Assembly (NCBI GenBank): GCA_963668025.2
Contig: CAXXTH010000010.1
Coordinates: 448,001-512,000, forward strand
DNA length: 64,000 nucleotides
DNA from: Candidatus Hydrogenedentota bacterium
GTDB taxonomy: Bacteria; Hydrogenedentota; Hydrogenedentia; Hydrogenedentales; SLHB01
Direction: 5' to 3'
The notes beneath the pieces were generated by a model. That model saw only the letters and a program-made list of their open reading frames with translations, did not search any database and was not told the origin of the DNA. The translations under genes were made by a program, and so were the position numbers. This document shows, one piece after another, positions 43,979 to 53,248 of the stretch (the first letter of the stretch is position 1; every line of letters starts with the position of its first letter).

Positions 43979-45103
43979 ATGAAGATCGCCATGATTGGCA
44001 TCCGTGGCGTCCCGGCCAACTACAGCGGCCTCGAGACGTGCGCGGAAGAAGTGGGGGCCCGTTTAGCCAGCCGAGGGCATGAAGTCATTGTTTATTGCCG
44101 GCGGCACTGCTACGACACGCATCCGGACGAATATCGCGGCATGCGCCGCATCACCCTGCCTGGCACGCGCAACAAATTCGCCGACACGCTGGTGCATAGT
44201 GGGCTATGCATGGCCCATGTGCTGAAGATGAAGCCCGATGTAATCCTGGCGTTTAACCCGGCCGTTTCCGCGTTATGCCTGTTGCCAAAGGCCTTGGGCT
44301 ACCGGTTTTGCTTGAATCCCGACGGTTTTGATTGGCGGCGGCCCAAATGGCCCGCCTTAGGCAAGGCGTTCATTTATGCATCGGCATGGTTTTCCGCGCT
44401 GATCATTGACCAGCTCACCATTGATGCCGTCTCGGTTCGAGATTATTACGCCAGCCATTTTCCCTGCCGCAACGAACCGTTGTACATCCCCAACGGCGCG
44501 AATATCGAACTGCGCAGCGAGGAGAATGATGCGGCGGATGAGCGCATCCTCGAGCAATACGGCCTCAAGAAAAACCACTATATCCTCTTTCTAAGCCGCC
44601 ATGTAAAAGACAATAGTTGCAAGGAGATCATTGAGGCGTACGAAGGCCTCGATACGGATATGCCCCTCTTTTTCGGCGGCGGCGGCCATTATGGCGAAGC
44701 CTATGCGGAAGAGCTGAAACAAACAAAAGATCCAAGAATCCTGTTCCCCGGCGCCATTTATGATCCGGAACACGTCCGGGCTCTGCATCACCATTGCTAT
44801 TTCCTGGCCCACGGAAACCAGCCGGGAGGCACAAGCCTTGGACTGCTGAAAGCCATGGGATATGGCGCGTGCGTCATGACGCTCGCTACGCCGGACAACG
44901 CTTATGCCGTCAAGGACGCAGGGGTGCAATACCAATTATCGCCCGAAAGCATCCGGGCGGCCATGCGCCGCTTGCTCGATCATCCCGAGGAGGTGCTGGC
45001 GTACCGGGAGAAGGCGGTGCGGCGGATACGGGAAGAATATTTGTGGGACGTAGTAGCGGACAAATACGAGGCCGCTATGAAGAAGGCGGCGGGAATCGTC
45101 TGA
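43979..45103 (+). CDS. GT4 family glycosyltransferase
   Basis: KIAMIGIRGVPANYSGLET; YIPNG; LLKAMGYG. Confidence 0.85.
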   Translation: MKIAMIGIRGVPANYSGLETCAEEVGARLASRGHEVIVYCRRHCYDTHPDEYRGMRRITLPGTRNKFADTLVHSGLCMAHVLKMKPDVILAFNPAVSALCLLPKALGYRFCLNPDGFDWRRPKWPALGKAFIYASAWFSALIIDQLTIDAVSVRDYYASHFPCRNEPLYIPNGANIELRSEENDAADERILEQYGLKKNHYILFLSRHVKDNSCKEIIEAYEGLDTDMPLFFGGGGHYGEAYAEELKQTKDPRILFPGAIYDPEHVRALHHHCYFLAHGNQPGGTSLGLLKAMGYGACVMTLATPDNAYAVKDAGVQYQLSPESIRAAMRRLLDHPEEVLAYREKAVRRIREEYLWDVVADKYEAAMKKAAGIV

Positions 45104-45156
45104 AAGCACGCTTTCAATAGCAATTCCCGCATGAGGCTCGTATAGAGAAACACACC

Positions 45157-46626
45157 ATGGCCAAAAACGCACGCCTTTGGTTTATCGCCCTGCTGCTCGT
45201 GGCGCTCGACGCCATGATTGCCTTGGTGTGCGTGCCCCTGGCCTACAAACTCCGCTTTTTCCCCCATGATCCATGGGTGATGGACTTATTTCTCGACCTT
45301 GAGCGGCTTAGCCCCTATCTCCACCTCATGATTTTCGCGCCGGTAGTGCGCGTGTTAAGCAGTTACGCCGTGGGCGTATATGAGACGCGCCGCAAGGCCT
45401 ACCGCATCAGCGACGACGTGCCCAAGCTGCTTGCCGCCGTATCGCTTGGTTCCGCCATACTCATCCTGATCGCCTTCTTCGGGGTATTTCAATACCGCTC
45501 TTTCGTGCAATACCGCGAATTCAACTACTCGCGTTTCTTTTTCGTGTTCGAGTGGCTGTTGAATCTCGTGTTTGTCATAGGCGTCCACACCTTCATTGGC
45601 ATATCGAGAAATGAAGTCTCCCGGCGCGGAGTTGGCATCCGCCATCTTGCGATTCAAGGATGCGGAAAAGAGGCGCTGGCCTTGGCTGGAAAATCGGAAG
45701 TCTTGGCTGAAGCGGGCTACGCCGTCATGGGCTTCATTTCGGAACCGTGCGGAGAAAATACGGCAGAAGCGGGAAACCAGCAGCTCCCGCTGCTGGGCCG
45801 GCCCAGTGACGTACATGACATCATCAACGATCATCACATTGAGGATATCGTGGTGACCGACGTGGCCAGCTTGAATGGCTCGCTTGTGGATTTCTGCGGT
45901 GCGTGCCACAAGCTCGATGTGCTCGTGAAACTCATCCCAGACATGTATGGCATTCTCTTTCAAGGCCATGCGATAGAAGAACTGGCGGGCATGCCGGTTT
46001 TCCAGGTGAACCAAGTTTCCATTGGCGGCTTCGCGCGCGTGCTCAAACGCACCGAAGATATCCTCTTGGCAGTGATAGGCCTGGCGCTCGCTTCGCCGAT
46101 ATTACTGGCTTCCGCCCTGCTGATCCGGATAGAAAGCCCCGGGCCCATCTTCTTCATACAACGGCGGACAGGTAAGAACGGGCGCGTGTTCTGCATGTAC
46201 AAGTTTCGCTCGATGTATGCCGACGCCGAGAAACGGCGGAAAGAACTAGAACACCTCAACGAGTCGGATGGGCCGGTCTTCAAGATCAAGAATGACCCCC
46301 GGATCACCCGGACAGGGCGCATCCTGCGCAAGGCGTCCATTGACGAGCTCCCCCAGCTCCTGAATGTGCTCAAAGGGGAAATGAGTTTTGTCGGCCCCCG
46401 CCCGCTTCCGGTTTGCGACATCGCCAAGCCCGATGAATGGGAGCAGCGCCGCTTCGCCGCCATGCCGGGCATCACCGGCCTTTGGCAAGTGAACCGCACC
46501 AATCACACTTCTGAAGAAATGCTCAAGTGGGATTTGTATTATGTCGAACACTGGTCTCTTTGGCTGGATCTTAAAATACTCTTTAAAACAGTCGCCGTGG
46601 TTCTGATGGGCCGCGGGGCATATTAG
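45157..46626 (+). CDS. Polyprenyl-phosphate glycosylphosphotransferase (WcaJ/WbaP family)
   Basis: KFRSM, DPRIT, DELPQL, MSFVGPRP, PGITGLWQV. Confidence 0.92.
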   Translation: MAKNARLWFIALLLVALDAMIALVCVPLAYKLRFFPHDPWVMDLFLDLERLSPYLHLMIFAPVVRVLSSYAVGVYETRRKAYRISDDVPKLLAAVSLGSAILILIAFFGVFQYRSFVQYREFNYSRFFFVFEWLLNLVFVIGVHTFIGISRNEVSRRGVGIRHLAIQGCGKEALALAGKSEVLAEAGYAVMGFISEPCGENTAEAGNQQLPLLGRPSDVHDIINDHHIEDIVVTDVASLNGSLVDFCGACHKLDVLVKLIPDMYGILFQGHAIEELAGMPVFQVNQVSIGGFARVLKRTEDILLAVIGLALASPILLASALLIRIESPGPIFFIQRRTGKNGRVFCMYKFRSMYADAEKRRKELEHLNESDGPVFKIKNDPRITRTGRILRKASIDELPQLLNVLKGEMSFVGPRPLPVCDIAKPDEWEQRRFAAMPGITGLWQVNRTNHTSEEMLKWDLYYVEHWSLWLDLKILFKTVAVVLMGRGAY

Positions 46627-46640
46627 CAAGGCGCTAGTCC

Positions 46641-47585
46641 ATGTCGAAATACGCGAAATCATTGCTGGCTTGGTCGCTCATGATGGGCGTGCTGGCGCTT
46701 TTCGCGTGGACCGTGATTCGATATAGCCAAAACCGCGTCGGGCGCATCGAGAGCAGCGATCAAATCGTCCAGGCCGCCATAGCGGAGAAAGAAAACCGCA
46801 TCGACGAGGCCATCGCCCATTACGAGTCCGCTTTGCGATACCAGCCCGATGCGCTGGCTCCGCGCAAAGGCGTCATCCAACTCTACATGCGCGCGGGAGA
46901 ATTTGAAAAAGCGTTGTCGCATGGGCGGGCCATGTTGCAATATGCGTATGAAGAAGAGCGGGTGGATGCGTTGCTCACCTTGGGCGCTATCCACGAACAA
47001 ATGGCCCAATGGGCCGAGGCGCGCCGCATGTATGAAGAAGCGGTGGCCTTCCAGCCGGAGCGTGCGGAAATTTTCGCCGGGCTTGCCCGCGCCACAAATG
47101 CGCTGCGCGATTATCCGGCCATGGTGCAAGCCATTGAAAGCATCTCTAAAAGCGAAGAACAGGACTGTTCGAGCGCATTTGTGATGAGGCAAAGCATCTG
47201 CCGGGACATCATCGCGCGCACGCAAACACAAATGCTTTCCGGCAAAGGCTCCGGCATCGGGTATTTTCGCCTAGGCGCTGCTTTGCTCGAGACGGGAGCC
47301 TGGCAAGACGCCTGCCAGGCCTTTTCCAAAGCACTCGAATTTCCTGACGGCCCTGGCGACGCCGCATTTTATCTTGGCGTGGACGCCCAAGTGCGCGGTG
47401 ATGACGCCGCCGCAGCCGCTTACTACGAAAAGGCCATCGAACGCGCGCCCGCCCACCGGGGCGCATTACAGAATCTGCTCCAGCTCAGAATCGAATCCAG
47501 CCGCTCGCCCAATGGCGAATCCGCCTATCGTTCACCAGACACATCAACCGGTCTATTTTCCCCGCCAGGCGCATCCGCACGCTGA
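46641..47585 (+). CDS. Membrane-anchored TPR protein
   Basis: N-terminal TM; repeated A..YE.A...P TPR patterns. Confidence 0.75.
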   Translation: MSKYAKSLLAWSLMMGVLALFAWTVIRYSQNRVGRIESSDQIVQAAIAEKENRIDEAIAHYESALRYQPDALAPRKGVIQLYMRAGEFEKALSHGRAMLQYAYEEERVDALLTLGAIHEQMAQWAEARRMYEEAVAFQPERAEIFAGLARATNALRDYPAMVQAIESISKSEEQDCSSAFVMRQSICRDIIARTQTQMLSGKGSGIGYFRLGAALLETGAWQDACQAFSKALEFPDGPGDAAFYLGVDAQVRGDDAAAAAYYEKAIERAPAHRGALQNLLQLRIESSRSPNGESAYRSPDTSTGLFSPPGASAR

Positions 47586-47606
47586 GCGCGCTACGCCTTT
47601 TCCTGC

Positions 47607-48575
47607 TCAAAGCTGTTTTGTGCCGTAATGCAGCACGCTTTCCCGGTGCTCCGACACGGCTTTACCGCGTTCTTCGAGCACTTCGAGGAATCCCACTGCG
47701 ACGCTTAACGCGAAATACAATTTCGCGGGATCGAGCTTCGGAAACAAGGCCATGGCCACTTCGTAGGGCGTGCGCGGGCCGCTCTCGAGCGTTTTGTAGA
47801 TCCGCATCATCTTGCGCTCCTGCCGTACGAGCAGGCAATCAATGAGTTGCCGGTAATCGCTGAACGGCTCGCCATGTCCAGGGCAGCACCAATCGATATC
47901 GAGGGTGTGGGTCCGCCGAAGAGATTCCTGGTATTCCAGCAGGCTTTTAGACCGGGGCTTGCCCGGCTCCGGCCTGCGGATGAGTGGATTTGGATGGATA
48001 TGTTTAAGCAAATGGTCGCCTGTAAACGCCACGCGGGCCGCTTGATTCACATACACCACATCCGACGCCGAATGGCCGGGCGCATGATGGGCCGTGAAAC
48101 CTGCGACCGTATCGCCATCCTGCATGGCGTTGCCGACGGAGGCCTTCTCGATATAAGGCTTGAATCCTTCATGTTCCGCCAGGCAGGCCGCCATCGATTC
48201 CGGAGGCGTGCCGAGTTCCGCCAATAATTTTTCGAGATAAGCCGCGGCTTCCGCTTCTGTTTCCTCGAAGCGGTCCGCCAGGCGGGCGACGCGGGGATGG
48301 GCGTAAACCTCGGCATGGGAGTTTTCCAGGATGCGGCCTAGCAGGCCCACATGATCAAAATGGCTGTGTGTAAGGAGAATGATATCCAGATCAGATAAGG
48401 CCAATCCGTGCCCGGCGAAACAGCGGAGGAGCGATTCCCATGCCGCATCCGTCCGGATCCCCGCATCCACCAGCGCCAGCGGTTCGCCCCGCACTAAAAA
48501 CGCATTCACCGGCCCCACCGAAAAAGGCGTGGGCATCGTGATTGGAATGATATGGTCCGGAAAAGTTTCCTGCAT
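47607..48575 (-). CDS. Metallo-beta-lactamase fold hydrolase
   Basis: THSHFDH, PGHS, TGDH, PGHG. Confidence 0.88.
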   Translation of the reverse strand: MQETFPDHIIPITMPTPFSVGPVNAFLVRGEPLALVDAGIRTDAAWESLLRCFAGHGLALSDLDIILLTHSHFDHVGLLGRILENSHAEVYAHPRVARLADRFEETEAEAAAYLEKLLAELGTPPESMAACLAEHEGFKPYIEKASVGNAMQDGDTVAGFTAHHAPGHSASDVVYVNQAARVAFTGDHLLKHIHPNPLIRRPEPGKPRSKSLLEYQESLRRTHTLDIDWCCPGHGEPFSDYRQLIDCLLVRQERKMMRIYKTLESGPRTPYEVAMALFPKLDPAKLYFALSVAVGFLEVLEERGKAVSEHRESVLHYGTKQL

Positions 48576-48663
48576 TTAATCTCCTTTAAACAGAATAAAC
48601 TGCAATATGGAGTATGCCCTTGAAGAAAGAGGCCGTCTCGCACGTGCGTTTGGGCGCGGCAGG

Positions 48664-48732
48664 CGTATTCATACCGTTGCGATGCAATAAACAAGGTAAA
48701 AACGTTCAGGTCTTCAGTTGGCCAAAGTGTTA
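48664..48732. repeat. Partial, degenerate third copy of the TA-bounded MITE
   Basis: ATACCG..AATAAACAAGG..CTTCAGTTGGCCAAAGTGTTA resembles the right end of 9450-9586. Confidence 0.6.
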
Positions 48733-48980
48733 CAAAAAAAGCTACTCAAAAACAACGTCTGTTCCCGCTCTGCAAGCCTTCGTGTTCTCCATGCCTCTGC
48801 GTTTATAAGAGGCTCATGAATTGAAATATGAAACAGTATATAGCTGGCTTATCCGGTGATTTATTATATCTGGCAGCGATTTGCCGCGTTTATGGCCTCG
48901 CTGTCCTGTTTGTAGCAAATTTCGTTGTTTGCTATGCTATCCGCTTCCTCAAAAGCGCCTTGAAAAGGTAGGAGAGGCAT

Positions 48981-50488
48981 ATGAAGAACAGTGGTGAACG
49001 CCGGAGTATTTCTGGTATTCGTGGAACGCTGGAGACGCTGCCCGCGCAGAAGGTGGCGGACTACACGTGCGCGTATGCGACGCTGCTGCGCCAGATCAAT
49101 CGCGGCAACACGGTAGTGCTCGGGCGCGATACGCGGCCCACATCGGCGGCGTATTCAGAAGCGGCGGCGGCGGCGTTGAACCGCGCTGGATGGGATGTCA
49201 TCGATTTGGGTGTTGTGCCGTCGCCCACGGTGCAGATTGCCATTGGCAAATTCGAGGCGGCGGGCGGCGTGGTGATCACGGCGTCGCATAATCCCATCGA
49301 ATATAATGGGGTGAAGTTTCTGCAAAACAGCCACGGCTACGGCATGTTTTTACAAAAAGAGCAAGTGAATGAACTGTTCGCGATATACGAATCGGGACAG
49401 TTCGATGAGCGGCGGCCGGGATTCTGCCTGCCCGTCAGCCAGTTCTCCGCCGATTTTAACGGACCCGCCGTATACGGCGGAATTTCTCGACCGCAACCGC
49501 TTTGATCTGGCCGTGGACAACAAGGTCATCTTGGATTACCACCTCCACCGGGTCATGTCGGTCATGGAGCGGGAGCGCGACCTTATTCGTGGGATGAATT
49601 TCCGGGTGGCCATGGATTGCTGCGGCGGCGCGGGCATCCCGATTAATTTCGTGCTGCTCGATCATTTGTATTGCCGTGTCACGAGGGTGAATGGCGCGCC
49701 GGGCGTCTTCACGCGGCCCATCGAACCCACGCCGCCGAATCTGGCCGGATTATGCAAGGAGCTGGGCATCGGTAAAGAACCCTATGATGTCACGTTCGTG
49801 ACGGACTGCGATAACGACCGCTGCGTGGTCGTGGCTCATGACCCGGAGACGGGGATGTATGTCCCTCCTCGAAGAAGATTACACCTTTGGGATCGCCGTG
49901 GACCAGGTGCTGGCCACGCAAAAGCCGGGCGCGACGGTCGTGACGAACTGGTCTACTTCGCATATGCTCCAAGACATCGCGAGCGCCCATCATGCGAATC
50001 TGCGCCGCGCGCCCACGGGCGAAGTGTACACGGCCACGGAAGCCGCCCATTACAGCGCCGCCATTGCGGGCGAAGGAAGCTGCGCGGGGGTCATCGATCC
50101 GCGTGTAGGCATGGGACGCGACGTGCTCCGTAGCGATCTGGCATATTCTGGCCGCGCTGGCCTGCAAGACAAAGCCCCTCATGGAGGTGGCGGCGGAATT
50201 GCCCCGGTATTATAAGGCCAACAAGGACCATCCGAACCGGCTCAGCATCGCGGAGAATTTTTCGCTGCTCGAGAAGCTGCAACTCCACTATGCGGCCAAG
50301 AACAACATCCTTTTTATTAACCGGGAAGACGGCCTCATCGTGTATTTCACTAACCGTTCGCGCGTGCAGATCCGGTGTTCTAACACGGAGAGCCGTTGTT
50401 GCGGGTGCGTACGGAAGCCACGGAGCGCGCCGAGGCGGACGCGTTGGTGCAAGAAGCGCTGGATATGATCGCGGCTATTTCACACTGA
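48981..50488 (+). CDS. Phosphomannomutase/phosphoglucosamine mutase family, four apparent frameshifts
   Basis: SISGIRG, TASHNP, DCDNDR, GEVY/GEGS and IRCSNTE(P) motifs are spread over successive frames; each break is fixed by removing 1-2 duplicated bases. Confidence 0.8.
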
Positions 50489-52814
50489 ACGTGTCTTTTT
50501 ACGGAAGAACATTGGCCATGCAGCGCTCGCGCACAAGGCCAGCAGGGCCAGCGCGGAAATAACGCCCCCAATCAGCAACGAATCGGGCCGGTAGCGGTAT
50601 TCGACCGTATGCCGGCCCGCTGGCATTTCAATACCCCGAAAGATGTAGTCCACGGGGAAACACTTCGACGGGCGCGCCGTCCAGCCAGGCTTTCCAGCCA
50701 GGATAATAGGCGTCGGCCAGCACCAGGATGGCCGGGGCTTGCGCATTCACCTCGATGGAACAGTGGTTGCCGGTATGCGCCGTGACGCGCGCTTCACCCA
50801 ACCATTCCGGTGCAGGTTGCGGCAAGCTGTTATCGAGGGACGTCTCGATAAGCGCCAGGCGGGCGGGCTCGAATCCGGGCTGTTTCATGCGCTCCAGGAG
50901 GGCCTTGCTGTCCTCGATGCATTCCGCCGCGCCGAGCAAGTAAGCGCGGGGCAGCGCGCGGTTATTGCGGTAGACCTCGAGCCCGTCGCGCTGCGCTACG
51001 CGCGCGAAGCGGCCCGGTTCATCGCGGGGGAACAGCGGCTCGTAGCGCGGATCATGCAGGTAATACGCCACGGCGCATGCAGGCTCGATGGCGTTCCAGA
51101 AGTCTTGTCCGATGGTTTTCTGGAATCGCACGATGCGTTCGGGATACAGGCCGTCGTATCCGAGCCATTCCTCGATGCCATACGCCGCCAGCAGCCCAGA
51201 AGCGATGTTTCCTTCGCCAGCGCCCACGCGGCACGGTTGCGGTAGTTCACGCAGATAGGTGGTCAATTCCGTTTTGGGGAACACCAATTTTGCGGGCATG
51301 GTGGGATTCATGCCACGATTCGCCAGGATCAGGTCGCCCGCCAACAAAAGGGTGATGGCGGCGGGGGCCATCCAATGGCGTTCCCGCAATAGCTTGAACA
51401 AAAAGAGGGACGCCATGGCGATGCCGCATGCGGCAAGCAATTCACAATGTACATAAGGCGCTACTTTCAGCGCTTTCATCAAGGATCCGAAGAAAGACTC
51501 GAGCAGGCCGATGTATGCCGCCACGAAACCCAGGAGCAGCGCGGGCCAGAGCCAGTCGCGCTTGTGCGCGGGGCTGTTGAGGCAGGCGTCCAGTCCCATC
51601 GCGCCTAGCAAAGGGATGGCGAAGAGGGGAAAGGCGGTGTGGTATGCGGCGATCATCGAGCTGAGCATGGGCAGCCGGTGCAGCGGTTCAAATAGGGGAA
51701 GCCGGAACGCCATGCCCAGCATGAGCAGCGCCGCGCCCGCGAGGCAGGCCGCGCGCGCCCGGTTCGCGTCGCGCCGCAGGCAGGCGGGGACAAGGAACGC
51801 CGCCCCAATCCAGACCGGCCAGCCCGCATAAAGCATGGAATACAGGTTGGAATTGATATCGCCCCAATAATTGCCGTCGGCGCTGGTTCCAAAGAAACGG
51901 GGCGCCCAGAAGGCCGCTGCGGCGCTCGGGGGAAGCCAGGTCATGATGTTTTCTTGCGGCCGGTCAAAAAACGTGGCGCTGTGGCGCAGGTATTCGAGGA
52001 AGGGCAAGAGCTGCGCCGCGCACAGGCATAGGGCGAGGCTCCATGCCCCGGCGCATCCAATGATGGGCAGCCATAACTGGCGGCCCCGCCGCCGCTCGGT
52101 GAGCAGGCGCAGTACGAAATAAACGCCCAGGCCCAGGCCCATGGCGAAAGCGGTTTCGGGGTGTCCGGCCAGCAGCAGAAGGACTCCGCCCAGGGTAAGC
52201 GTGAAAAAGCCCGCCCGCTGGCGGCCTTCGAGAATCCACTCGACGCCCAGGAACACGATAGGCAGCCATGCGCTTACATCGGGCAGCGACCAATTGCACC
52301 AAATGAGATTGTAACTGGCCAGCATCCAGGCCACGGAGAAGAATCGCGCCGCATGCCACCCCAAGTGCAATCCGCGCGCGCATAGATAGGCCGAAGCGCC
52401 GCATAACCACAGTTTGAGCAAGATAAAAAGCGCCGTGCCCCAGCGCAATCCGAACAGCAGATGGAGCGCGCGCGGCGGGTAGAACACCGTGGATTGGCAA
52501 TTCGCCATGAGCGGCATGCCGGCTAATTCGCAGGGATTCCACAAAGGCCATTCGCCATGCCGGATGGACTCGATGGATAGGGCATAGTAGGGATAAAACG
52601 CCGTGACGACATCCGACATCAGCCGGTTCTGCGGGTGTTCCCAATCCGCCGGGGCATACCGGCTCCATGGCAGGCTTTGGAAGAGTATGTCGCCCGGTGC
52701 GATCACCTCCCCGCGCAAAAACAAGCCAGGAAAAACAAAGACCAACAGCAAGGCCAATAGGCATCCATGAACGAGCAATTCACGGCGTGTGATGGATTCC
52801 CCCCCACTACACAT
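50480..52814 (-). CDS. YfhO family membrane protein, frameshift near 50655
   Basis: GEWPLWNP..GMP..AN..FYP, many TM segments, LADAYYPGWKAWLDG; tail FRGIEMPAGRHTVEYRYRP in the next frame. Confidence 0.82.
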
Positions 52815-52866
52815 GCTGGAACACCTTCCCTATCCAATGGAGCCATTAGCTTCTTCGTGATAAAGC

Positions 52867-53247
52867 GTCCGGATCTTTCACCACGAGGGCTGATTCATTA
52901 CTGGTAATACTTCAGCGGACTGAAACAAGAGCTTTTTTTTTAGACATGATTAACAAGATGGACAAGATTGAACAAGAACGCCAAGATTCTTTATAGGTAA
53001 AAAACAATCCATGAAGTGTCCAGGCGCGTTTTTTATAGCAAAATTGCCATCAAAAATCTTGTTTCATCTTGTAAATCATGTCTAAAAAAATCCTCCATCA
53101 TCGGCGGTTTGTCATGTATTCACGGTTAAAAAAAACGCCCCGATGCTCTTACTTCAGATGGCCAAAGCACTATCATTATTGGTATTCTGTTCTAGTGCGC
53201 TCATCTTCTCCGTGGCTCCCCGTGTCCCCGTGGTAAAAAATCGGGAC
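52867..53247. repeat. Triple-nested inverted repeat structure
   Basis: Outer pair 52867-52888/53226-53247, middle pair 52905-52932/53145-53172, inner pair 52934-52969/53055-53090. Confidence 0.7.
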
Positions 53248-53248
53248 A

